55,436 nt of DNA. Source: Candidatus Moraniibacteriota bacterium (GTDB taxonomy: Bacteria; Patescibacteriota; Minisyncoccia; Moranbacterales; UBA1568). The DNA lies in NCBI GenBank assembly GCA_016699975.1, contig CP064994.1, positions 496,731 to 552,166 of the forward strand, written 5' to 3'. Made by a program: the position numbers and the translations under genes. This document shows positions 15,094-23,492 of the stretch, one piece after another. Position 1 is the first letter of the stretch; every line of letters starts with the position of its first letter. The notes below the pieces were generated by a model that was not told the DNA's origin, did no database searches, and saw nothing but the letters and a program-made list of their open reading frames with translations.

Positions 15094-16347
15094 ATGCATG
15101 AACTCTTCCTCCCGCTTCAATTCGCGCTCAAGAATCTCTTTGGAAATTTGGGGAGAACGCTCCTCACATTGTTTGGCATTGTGATCGGAACGGTTGCCGT
15201 TCTCACGATCGCTTCGGCGGGAGATGCGGTCGAGCGATATGTGATGGATCAGGTGGAGAGTTTCGGAGGGAATGCCATTCAAATCGAAGTCAAGGTTCCT
15301 TCGGCGGCACATATTTCGAGTGAGAATTCGGGCGGCATTGCAAAGGGAATCCGCATTACGACTCTCACGAAAGACGATGCCGAAGCGATTGCGAAGCTGC
15401 CGAATGTTGAGGCGTGGTACGCAGGGAATATCGGGCAGGCACTTTCGAGTTATCGGGAAACGAGCAAGCAGATATTTTTTCTGGGAGCGACCGCGGGTGC
15501 GCCGAAAGTCGATAAAAACATTGTCCTCACGGAGGGCGCCTTCTATACCGAGGAGGATGATCGGGGAGCAGCAGAAGTGGTTGTTTTGGGATCGAATATT
15601 CGGAACGCATTTTTTGGTTCGGGTCCGGCGGTTGGAAAATCCATTCGCATCAAAGGGCAGAGTTATCGCGTGGTGGGCGTGTTAGAGGAGCGGGGCACGG
15701 CGGGATTTTTGAATTTCGACGATTTCGTTTATATTCCACTTGAAACGCTGCAGAAAAAAATTCTCGGAATACACCACGCCACGTTTATTACGGTAACCGC
15801 AAAAGACGAAGCGAGTGTTCCTGGTTTGGCGATCGACATTGATCGGCTCCTTCGTGATCGTCACGACATTCGAAAAGTGGGAGAAGAAGATTACTCGGTT
15901 ATGAGCGTGAAGGAGACGCAGGAGCTGGTGGCGTCCATCTTTGGGGCGGTTCGCATTCTTCTTATTGCGCTTGCCTCGATATCGCTTGTCGTAGGAGGGA
16001 TTGGTATTATGAATGTGCTCTTCGTATCGGTTGCGGAACGCACGTCGGAAATCGGACTCCGGAAAGCAGTTGGTGCGCGTCCCAAAGATATCTTGCGGCA
16101 GTTTCTGTTTGAGTCTTTGCTCGTCGCGCTTATTGGCGGGGCAATTGGTATCGCGCTTTCGATCGGCATTCTTTTCGGTGCGTTTCGTATGGCGGCATCG
16201 TTCGGGTTTCCGCTCGACTTTGTAATCTCCTTGAAAAATATTGGAATCGCACTTCTTTTTTCACTGTTGACCGGAGTGTTGTTCGGCGTGTCTCCCGCCT
16301 GGAAGGCTTCGCGTATCGACCCTATCAAGGCGATACGCGAAGGATAA
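15094..16347 (+). CDS. ABC transporter permease, MacB/FtsX family (second copy)
   Basis: 417 aa with the same architecture (GGIGIMNVLFVSVAERTSEIGLRKAVGA). Confidence 0.9.
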   Translation: MHELFLPLQFALKNLFGNLGRTLLTLFGIVIGTVAVLTIASAGDAVERYVMDQVESFGGNAIQIEVKVPSAAHISSENSGGIAKGIRITTLTKDDAEAIAKLPNVEAWYAGNIGQALSSYRETSKQIFFLGATAGAPKVDKNIVLTEGAFYTEEDDRGAAEVVVLGSNIRNAFFGSGPAVGKSIRIKGQSYRVVGVLEERGTAGFLNFDDFVYIPLETLQKKILGIHHATFITVTAKDEASVPGLAIDIDRLLRDRHDIRKVGEEDYSVMSVKETQELVASIFGAVRILLIALASISLVVGGIGIMNVLFVSVAERTSEIGLRKAVGARPKDILRQFLFESLLVALIGGAIGIALSIGILFGAFRMAASFGFPLDFVISLKNIGIALLFSLLTGVLFGVSPAWKASRIDPIKAIREG

Positions 16348-16444
16348 TGGGGAGTCGATCATTCGAAGTGAGTTTACTTATCTTTCGCAATCGCATGTTT
16401 GTTCTCGAATATCTTTTCTTTTTCTGTGGCACACGTCTGTCCCT

Positions 16445-16975
16445 GTGTCTCTCGACCCTATGAAATGGATGTCTGGAAAACCAGGAGTCGACCGTATTTT
16501 CGGTCTCCCGATCGCCTACGAGGTCTCGGCGGGCATGGTGCTTTTTCGTCGAGTGCCGGACGGAAATCGGGAATATCTTTTGTTGCAGTATCGACATCGT
16601 CACTGGGAGTTTGCTCGCGGGCATGTGGAACATGGAGAGTCGCTCATAGAAGCGGCGCGGCGCGAGACCGAAGAAGAAACTGGAATCGTTTCCCTTTCTC
16701 TTCTCCCGAAATTCCATCGCAGGATTCACTTTTTTTATAGAGCGAAAGGGCGCGAGCGAGCGGAACGAAAAAAAGAGGGTCGCTCCGTCTGGATTGTGAA
16801 GACAGTGCATTTCTTCCTCGCAGAAGTTCCAAACGATCTTTCTGTCCGTCTTTCGGATGAGAGTTTGGATGCTCTGTGGCTCTCTCCCGAACGAGCGATT
16901 CGACGCGCAACTTTCGAAAACGCGAAGAAACTCTTGCGAGCGGCGGAGCGCTTTCTCGAGAAGGTTGAATACTAA
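16445..16975 (+). CDS. Nudix hydrolase
   Basis: Nudix box GHVEHGESLIEAARRETEEETGI. The start may be the ATG at 16460. Confidence 0.85.
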   Translation: MSLDPMKWMSGKPGVDRIFGLPIAYEVSAGMVLFRRVPDGNREYLLLQYRHRHWEFARGHVEHGESLIEAARRETEEETGIVSLSLLPKFHRRIHFFYRAKGRERAERKKEGRSVWIVKTVHFFLAEVPNDLSVRLSDESLDALWLSPERAIRRATFENAKKLLRAAERFLEKVEY

Positions 16976-17104
16976 GCGACAACTCGTTCTCCATTGTGGA
17001 CGAAGAGAGAGATTATGCCTGTTGACATTTCTGGAATTTTCGGGTACAAAGAAGCAGGTTTCTTCACTAATAGCAAACAACAAATAGAGAGAGGTTTTTT
17101 AACA

Positions 17105-17386
17105 ATGAAAAATTTTTTGAGCATTCTTCTTTCCCTCGCTCTCTGCTTGAGTCTTTTGGGGTGCGAGAGCCCAAAAAAGAATTTCCCCTCGCTTCAAAAA
17201 AAAGGTGAGGAAACCTTGGCAGTCACAAGGATGATTTCCTGTGAAGAAATATTTATCGCCGAGGGGACAAGTCAGCGATATATGGCTTGCCAGGGCTATT
17301 CCCTTCTTGCAACTCTTGGAGGAGGAGCGAGACGCGCTTCTCTACGCGCCTACATTCCCGGAGTGCCATCCCGTATTTACGGATAA
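17105..17386 (+). CDS. Putative lipoprotein (3' part uncertain, possible frameshift near 17310-17320)
   Basis: MKNFLSILLSLALCLSLLGC has a lipobox. After ...SLLATL the frame turns into low-complexity GGGARRASLRAY. The overlapping frame instead reads EEERDALLYAPTFPECHPVFTDKSASMELYIVCQWK, which looks more protein-like. The switch point lies in GGAGGAGGAG. Confidence 0.45.
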   Translation: MKNFLSILLSLALCLSLLGCESPKKNFPSLQKKGEETLAVTRMISCEEIFIAEGTSQRYMACQGYSLLATLGGGARRASLRAYIPGVPSRIYG

Positions 17387-17556
17387 GAGTGCTTCGATGG
17401 AGTTGTATATTGTTTGCCAGTGGAAGGCGAAAGAGCGCAGAAAGCGATCTAATTCTGTTTGAGAAGGAAGTTCAGAGATCCCTGTTTTATAAGGCTGACG
17501 GTTCTTTTTAGAGCATCCTCCTGTTTCGTGAGGATGAATTTCGCCACACTTTCTTT

Positions 17557-17853
17557 ATGGAGGGACTTCCCGTGTTTCGATGTTCTGGTGAAATGTCTGA
17601 AAAGATCGGCAATGGGGCAATTTACGTTGCCGTTATCCTCCTTATTCTTGTAAGTGTCCTCGCCACGTGCGACATTGTTGCGCGGAAACGAGACGCGGTG
17701 GAGCATAGGCGACACCACGAAAATCGCGGTCCGGATACCCAGTCTATATACCCGCGTTGCGCTCGTTTTCTGGGGAATAATCCCCTTATGTACGACGACT
17801 GTCAAAGGGGTCAATTGCAGTATCAACTTGAACAGAGGAGTGAGAGAAAATGA
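17557..17853 (+). CDS. Small hypothetical membrane protein
   Basis: TM segment AIYVAVILLILVSVLATCDIV. Its stop overlaps the next start (ATGA at 17850-17853). A competing antisense ORF, 17449..17826, cannot be excluded. Confidence 0.35.
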   Translation: MEGLPVFRCSGEMSEKIGNGAIYVAVILLILVSVLATCDIVARKRDAVEHRRHHENRGPDTQSIYPRCARFLGNNPLMYDDCQRGQLQYQLEQRSERK

Positions 17854-17978
17854 AAAAACTGAGAGAAGTTCTGGAGGAAATGGAACGAGACAGAGCTCTC
17901 GTATTTGGATTTTGTTCTGCTGTAGTAATTTTCTTGACTATTATCTATATTATCGTGCTTGTTTTCTCAAAGATCTAG
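17850..17978 (+). CDS. 42-aa hypothetical membrane peptide
   Basis: SD GGAG ~10 nt upstream. MKKLREVLEEMERDRALVFGFCSAVVIFLTIIYIIVLVFSKI. Followed by a terminator. Confidence 0.35.
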   Translation: MKKLREVLEEMERDRALVFGFCSAVVIFLTIIYIIVLVFSKI

Positions 17979-18011
17979 TCTTAAAGAGCTAGTCTAGATC
18001 CAGATCAAAAA

Positions 18012-18040
18012 AAAGGAACGCCATGCCGTTCCTTTTTCAT
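18012..18040. terminator. Rho-independent terminator (A-run / hairpin / T-run, potentially bidirectional)
   Basis: AAAGGAACG-CCATGC-CGTTCCTTT, followed by TTCATTTTC and preceded by A8. Confidence 0.75.
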
Positions 18041-18060
18041 TTTCTCTATTATGTCAAGGC

Positions 18061-18089
18061 TTGCCGAGGGGTCGGAAACCTCTTATACT
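18061..18089 (+). promoter_or_regulatory. Predicted secD promoter: TTGCCG-17-TATACT
   Basis: -35 at 18061-18066, -10 at 18084-18089, 22 nt before the ATG at 18112. Confidence 0.45.
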
Positions 18090-18111
18090 GGGGCCACTTA
18101 GCGCTTCGAAT

Positions 18112-19824
18112 ATGAAACGATGGCTCTCGCTCCGATTGTTCGGAGTTCTTCTTCTGGCAGTACTGGCGACGCTCATTGCATTTCCGCAAGGAGCGAAGAT
18201 GATTCCGTGGCTCGGGCCGAAACTTGCTTCGCTTTCTGCAAATTTGGGGCTCGATTTGCAAGGAGGAATTCACCTTGAATATCGTGTCGACACGTCACAG
18301 ATTCCCAGCGAGAAAAAAACCGAGGCGCTTCAGGCGGCGCTCGGTGTTGTCGAGCGGCGCGTCAATGCCTTTGGGGTGGGGGAACCGGTTGTGCAGCTCT
18401 CTCGTTCTGGCAATGAAGACCGCATTATCGTAGAGCTTCCGGGGGTCAAAGATGTTGATGAGGCAAAGAAAATGCTTCGCGAAACACCTTACCTCGAATT
18501 TCAGGAAGACAATTCAGAGGTTATGGAAAAGCAGCTTGCTTCGATGAACGAGTCTGCCAAAAAGGAAGCGCAGGCGATCCTTGATCGAGTGAGGCGGGGC
18601 GAGAATTTTGGCGAGATCGCAAAAAAGGAGAGCCAGGATCCTGGGTCTGCCGAGAAGGGAGGAGATCTCGATTTCGCTTCGAAGGGAAAGTTTGTAAAAG
18701 AGTTCGATGACGTTGCCTTCAATCCCGACTTGAAAAAAGAAACTGTTTGGCCGAAGGTAGTTGAGTCTCCGTACGGCTTCCATATTCTTAAGAAAACTGA
18801 TGAGCGCGGGGAGGGAGAGAAGAAGGAAGTGCGCATCTCACATATTCTTCTCATGAAGCAGAGTCTCGCGATGCTTCCCGAGGCTGCTCGTTTTAAACCG
18901 ACCGGACTTTCGGGCAAGAATTTGAAAGACGCTTTTGTTGATTATGGTGGCAATCAGGGCATGGGTATGCCGCAGGTGTCGCTTCGATTCGATACGGAAG
19001 GCGCGAAACTTTTTGCCGATCTTACGAAGAAGAATATTGGAAAACAAATCGCTATTCTCTTGGATGGCGAAATCGTGAGCGCGCCCACAGTGCAGGCAGA
19101 AATTCCAAACGGTCAAGCGGTGATTACCGGGAACTATACCCTCAAAGAGGCGAAAGAGCTTGTTTCGCGCCTCAACGAAGGAGCGCTTCCTGCACCGATC
19201 ACGCTTATCGGTCAACAGAGTGTCTCGGCATCGCTCGGTGAAGCATCTCTCAAAAAAAGTTTGACGGCGGGAGTGGTTGGTGTCGGTGCGGTCATTGTCT
19301 TTGTCATCGCCTACTACCGATTCTTTGGTCTTATTGCTTCGATCGCTCTTCTTCTCTACACGGGACTTCTCTTTGCGATCTTCAAGCTCTCGAGTCTGAC
19401 GCCGTTTCCGATCACGCTCTCGCTTGCGGGTATCGCTGGCTTCGTTCTTTCAATCGGTATGGCGGTTGACGCCAACATTCTTATCTTCGAGCGAACCTGG
19501 GAAGAGATAAAGAATGGAAAGCATCTCACCAAAGCAATCGACGAAGGATTTCGTCGCGCGTGGCCATCGATTCGGGACGGAAATTATTCTACTCTTCTTA
19601 CGTGTCTCATCCTCATGTGGCTCGGTACGGGATTTGTGAAAGGTTTTGCGCTGGTTCTTTTGCTGGGGGTGCTCTTCTCCATGTTTACGGCGATTATTCT
19701 GACGCGCGTTCTCCTTGATGCGACGATCGGTTCGTGGGCCGAAAGACATCTTTTTCTCCTGGTGCCGAAGCGCAAGAGATATGAAGCGGAAAAAACCAAG
19801 GAATCTCCCACGCTTGTTTCGTAA
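18112..19824 (+). CDS. secD: Protein translocase subunit SecD with a parvulin (PpiC)-like segment inserted in the extracytoplasmic P1 domain
   Basis: SecD motifs are LGLDLQGGIHLEY, VELPGV, IAILLDGEIVSAPTVQAEI and the C-terminal 6-TM bundle. The inserted stretch is ENFGEIAKKESQDPGSAEKGGDLDFASKGKFVKEFDDVAFNPDLKKETVWPKVVESPYGFHILK. Confidence 0.9.
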   Translation: MKRWLSLRLFGVLLLAVLATLIAFPQGAKMIPWLGPKLASLSANLGLDLQGGIHLEYRVDTSQIPSEKKTEALQAALGVVERRVNAFGVGEPVVQLSRSGNEDRIIVELPGVKDVDEAKKMLRETPYLEFQEDNSEVMEKQLASMNESAKKEAQAILDRVRRGENFGEIAKKESQDPGSAEKGGDLDFASKGKFVKEFDDVAFNPDLKKETVWPKVVESPYGFHILKKTDERGEGEKKEVRISHILLMKQSLAMLPEAARFKPTGLSGKNLKDAFVDYGGNQGMGMPQVSLRFDTEGAKLFADLTKKNIGKQIAILLDGEIVSAPTVQAEIPNGQAVITGNYTLKEAKELVSRLNEGALPAPITLIGQQSVSASLGEASLKKSLTAGVVGVGAVIVFVIAYYRFFGLIASIALLLYTGLLFAIFKLSSLTPFPITLSLAGIAGFVLSIGMAVDANILIFERTWEEIKNGKHLTKAIDEGFRRAWPSIRDGNYSTLLTCLILMWLGTGFVKGFALVLLLGVLFSMFTAIILTRVLLDATIGSWAERHLFLLVPKRKRYEAEKTKESPTLVS

Positions 19825-19949
19825 TCAGCTGGTCATCCCACTTTTTCCGGGAAGAGAGCGTGGGGAACAGGGATCGGTCTGGTGCGTATCGTGTGTTTCT
19901 GCTTGATTCCCAATGTCGAAAAGTGAATTTTGACGTCATACATTTTCCT

Positions 19950-21071
19950 ATGTGGCAACTCATTCGTAAGAGAAAATATTTCTACGCCTTTTCTCTCCTT
20001 ATTTCTTTGGCGAGCATTCTCGCGCTTGCGACGTGGGGACTCAAGCTTGGCATTGATTTTAAAGGAGGAACGCTTCTTGAGGTGTCGTGGGACGGAAAAA
20101 AAGTGCCCGACCGAGCAGTGATCGAAGATGCGATGAAGAAAGTGCCTCGCGTTGAAAGTCTTATCGTGCAGCCGTCCGGAGAGAAGCGAACGCTTATTCG
20201 TTACGCCGCTTCGGACGAAGCGCTCAACGAGGCTGTGTTTGCTGAACTCAAGAAGAAAGATGCAGCAGTCACCCTCATCCGTTCGGAATTTATCGGTGCT
20301 TCCGTGTCGGAGAGTATTAAGCGCAATGCGGTCATTGCCCTTTTTCTTGCGGTTATTGGAATTATTCTCTACATCGCGTGGGCGTTTCGCGGCGTTTCGC
20401 GTCCCGTTTCCTCTTGGCACTATGGTATCCAGGCGACCGTTGCTCTCGCGCATGACATTCTGATTACGCTCGGAGTCTTTTCGTTCCTCGGGAAATTCTT
20501 TGGTGTCGAAGTGGGCGCTCCCTTTATTGCGGCACTTCTCACCATTCTTGGGTATTCGGTGAATGATACGATTGTCGTCTATGACCGAATTCGAGAAAAT
20601 CTTTTGCGGTCGGGAGGCCATGAGGATTTCGAATCGGTCGTGAACCGCTCGCTGAACCAGACGATTGCCCGTTCCTTTAACACATCGTTTACGGTCATCA
20701 TTGTTCTCATCGCAATCAGTATTTTTGGCGGCGAATCGATTCGGTCATTTTCGGTTGCACTTCTTGTCGGAGTCGCCGCCGGAACATATTCCTCCATCTA
20801 TATCGCGACGGCGCTTTTGGTAACCGGATATGAATTTCAGAAGAAGCGAAACTCCCGCAAAGAGTTTGGGGTGGAGCTCGAAAAAACATCAGTCTCTTCC
20901 AATAAGAAAAAGAAGATACTTGCTGATACGCCTGACTCGCCTCTTCTTGATTCTTCCGCTGGAGTGCTTGGATCTTCTCTTCCTCTTCCTGTGACAAATG
21001 GCGCTTCTCCTTCCCATCGGAATTCTGGTAAGGAACGCAAAAAGAAAAAGAATCGACGAAGACGACGGTAA
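19950..21071 (+). CDS. secF: Protein translocase subunit SecF with ~90-aa low-complexity basic C-terminal tail
   Basis: LGIDFKGGTLLEV, and the TM bundle with YSVNDTIVVYDRIRE. The tail ends ...NSGKERKKKKNRRRRR. Confidence 0.9.
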   Translation: MWQLIRKRKYFYAFSLLISLASILALATWGLKLGIDFKGGTLLEVSWDGKKVPDRAVIEDAMKKVPRVESLIVQPSGEKRTLIRYAASDEALNEAVFAELKKKDAAVTLIRSEFIGASVSESIKRNAVIALFLAVIGIILYIAWAFRGVSRPVSSWHYGIQATVALAHDILITLGVFSFLGKFFGVEVGAPFIAALLTILGYSVNDTIVVYDRIRENLLRSGGHEDFESVVNRSLNQTIARSFNTSFTVIIVLIAISIFGGESIRSFSVALLVGVAAGTYSSIYIATALLVTGYEFQKKRNSRKEFGVELEKTSVSSNKKKKILADTPDSPLLDSSAGVLGSSLPLPVTNGASPSHRNSGKERKKKKNRRRRR

Positions 21072-21124
21072 CCCTCTCATTTTTCTGTCGCCGGAAGGAC
21101 GAATCCATTTTTAACGCGCTTTTT

Positions 21125-21472
21125 ATGTGGAATCCTTTTGCCAAAAAATCTTCCTCTTCGAATCCAAAAAATGAGGTCAAGAGCGGTTCGTCGTCGGGAA
21201 AAAAGGAAACGGAAAAAAGTTTCGAAGAACAACTCGCATCACTTCCCGGCGCGCCCGATCCGAAAGACATGGGAATGTTTCAAAAGTTTGCAATGAAGCA
21301 ACTTCTCAAAATGTCGCCGACTGAACGCGAGAAAGTTTTGAAGAAGGCGCTTACTCCGAAGAATATTGAGAAACATAAAGATGAAATCTTGGCGCAGCTG
21401 GAGACAGCCCGGAAAAGCGGCATGATGACCGATGATCAATACCGATTGGCGCGCAGAAAGATGAATATTTAG
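21125..21472 (+). CDS. Hypothetical small hydrophilic protein
   Basis: 115-aa ORF with a Ser/Lys-rich N-terminus. I recognise no family. Confidence 0.5.
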   Translation: MWNPFAKKSSSSNPKNEVKSGSSSGKKETEKSFEEQLASLPGAPDPKDMGMFQKFAMKQLLKMSPTEREKVLKKALTPKNIEKHKDEILAQLETARKSGMMTDDQYRLARRKMNI

Positions 21473-21785
21473 GCGGTGCCTCAAGTGCAGCGTGCTGTCC
21501 TAAGAAAGATTTCTTATATACTTTTCTTCGAACATTAAGGGCGAATCAGTCTGTCACATTGCCTCTTGCCGCTCACGGGGAAGGAAACACTCGAATTCAA
21601 TAAAGACTGAATTTTGGGTCATACGAGATTTTGGGAGAGTTTCGAAATAGACTTGTTTGAGATCGTTTCCGAAAAGTTTGAATGAGTTGCGAAAACAATT
21701 CTCTTGCAAGAAGGAGAGAGCTTCTCTCGGCTCTTTTCCGAAAAGCACTTCTTTTGTTGACCGAGAAATTTTGAGGAGCAAATAG

Positions 21786-22982
21786 GTGATTCTTATGGAT
21801 GAAAATGAAAAGCAGAAGTTGATCGATGAACTCTTGTCGCGTGGTGTTGCGGAAGTGATCGACCGCGAACATCTGAGACATCGACTTGTTTCCGGAGAAA
21901 CACTTCGCATCAAACTCGGTATTGATCCCACAAGCCCCAACATTCACTTGGGTCGTTCGGTGACTCTGCTCAAACTTCGCGATTTTCAAGCGCTCGGACA
22001 CACGATTGTATTTATCGTCGGAGATTTTACGGGTCAGATCGGTGACACGAGTGACAAGGAGTCAGAGCGCCCGATGCTTTCCAGAGAAATGGTGCGGGAG
22101 AATATGGCGACGTATGCAGAGCAGGCGGGGAAGATTCTCGATATGACACGGGTTGAAATTCATGCGAACTCCACGTGGCTTTCGAAACTCACATTTTCGG
22201 ATATCGGAAAAGAAGCAGATGCCTTTTCGGTTGCGGAATTCATCGCTCGCGAGAATATTCGCAAGCGCCTCGACGCGGGGAAGCGAGTTTCGCTTCGGGA
22301 AATGCTCTACCCGCTCATGCAAGGGCACGACAGTGTCGAAGTGTCTGCCGATGTGGAAATCGGAGGGACCGATCAGCGATTCAATCTTCTTGCGGGGCGA
22401 AAACTTCAGGAACATGCTGGAAGTGAGCCGCAGGATATCCTCATGACAAATCTGATTCCAGGAACTGACGGACGCAAGATGAGTTCGAGTTGGGGAAATA
22501 CCATCAATCTCCTTGATCCTCCTCGAGATATGTTTGGCAAAGTCATGAGTGTCCCGGACACCCTGGTGGAGACGTACTTCATTCACTGTACGCGGGTTCC
22601 ACGTGAGGAAGTTTCGCTCGTTTTGCGTTCCGAAAATCCGCGTGATGCGAAACTTCGGCTCGGCCGTGAAATCGTTGCGATCTATCACGGTGTAGAAGCT
22701 GCCGGGGATGCGGAAGACGCTTTTGTTTCTCTCTTTTCGAAGCGGGAAGTGCCCCGCGATCTTCGGGAAGTCACGATTTCCGAGGGGAAGTCTCTTCTTG
22801 ATTTTTTGGTTGAACAGGATTTTGCGAACAGTCGCGCGGAGGCGAGACGGAAAATAGAGCAGGGTGGGGTAGAGATAAACGGCGAAAAAATACTTGATCG
22901 CGACTTCGTCTTGACAAGTCGCGAAAATCTCGCCATTATACACTGCGGAAAAAAGGATTTCGTCAAGATACACATTTTATAA
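21786..22982 (+). CDS. tyrS: Tyrosine--tRNA ligase
   Basis: HIGH-type motif PNIHLGR, KMSKS-type KMSSSWGN, GGTDQRFN, and a C-terminal S4 domain (SRAEARRKIEQGGVEINGEKI). GTG at 21786 is preceded by GAGGAG. The ATG at 21795 is an alternative start. Confidence 0.9.
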   Translation: MILMDENEKQKLIDELLSRGVAEVIDREHLRHRLVSGETLRIKLGIDPTSPNIHLGRSVTLLKLRDFQALGHTIVFIVGDFTGQIGDTSDKESERPMLSREMVRENMATYAEQAGKILDMTRVEIHANSTWLSKLTFSDIGKEADAFSVAEFIARENIRKRLDAGKRVSLREMLYPLMQGHDSVEVSADVEIGGTDQRFNLLAGRKLQEHAGSEPQDILMTNLIPGTDGRKMSSSWGNTINLLDPPRDMFGKVMSVPDTLVETYFIHCTRVPREEVSLVLRSENPRDAKLRLGREIVAIYHGVEAAGDAEDAFVSLFSKREVPRDLREVTISEGKSLLDFLVEQDFANSRAEARRKIEQGGVEINGEKILDRDFVLTSRENLAIIHCGKKDFVKIHIL

Positions 22983-23424
22983 ATTTTATCGCAAGAACGT
23001 TGCGATTGTAGGTGAGTGCTTCGATATCGCACCACATTTTTTTGAACATTAACAATATCAATTTGAAGGAGAATGATGATGGGTCGTCGAAATCCCCTGT
23101 CTTACAAGAAGGCAAAAAGGGAGATGGAGAATGTGACGAGCGGTATTTTTCCGAAAGGAATTTCTTGCTCGAAGCATTTCTGTGAAAGATTTTTTCTTCG
23201 TCGCTCAAGACTTCCTTCTGGTAGGAAGCTCGTGAGAAAAGCCCCCGCGGGAGAAATTCGAGTGGCAGAGAAAATACGAGCAGAAGAAGGGTTGGTTTTT
23301 AGAGGGTGTTCTTATTGACATCATTTTTTCCGAACATCCCTCCTTGCTCTTGATACTGTTGGGAATCCTGAGAGAAGAGTTTCCTCTCTTTCCATTTTCC
23401 GTTCCCACGGCGAAAATTTTTCAT

Positions 23425-23456
23425 GTCCGCAGTTTTTTTGCGGACTTTTTCTTTTT
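23425..23456 (+). terminator. Rho-independent terminator in the tyrS-pheS spacer
   Basis: GTCCGCA-GTTTTTT-TGCGGAC, followed by TTTTTCTTTTT. Confidence 0.7.
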
Positions 23457-23483
23457 GACAGGGCCGTATGACACGGATACAAT
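23455..23483 (+). promoter_or_regulatory. Predicted pheS promoter: TTGACA-17-TACAAT, 9 nt before the ATG
   Basis: -35 at 23455-23460, -10 at 23478-23483, ATG at 23493. No SD. Confidence 0.65.
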
Positions 23484-23492
23484 GAGTTCACT

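Noticed and set aside
21480-21785. A ~300-nt leader upstream of tyrS that might be a T-box or other riboswitch.
   Set aside because: I could not find the T-box consensus (AAUUAGGGUGGUACCGCG-like) or a specifier/antiterminator arrangement. Only short weak hairpins are present. A GAGGAG SD 7 nt before the GTG at 21786 explains the end of the region.
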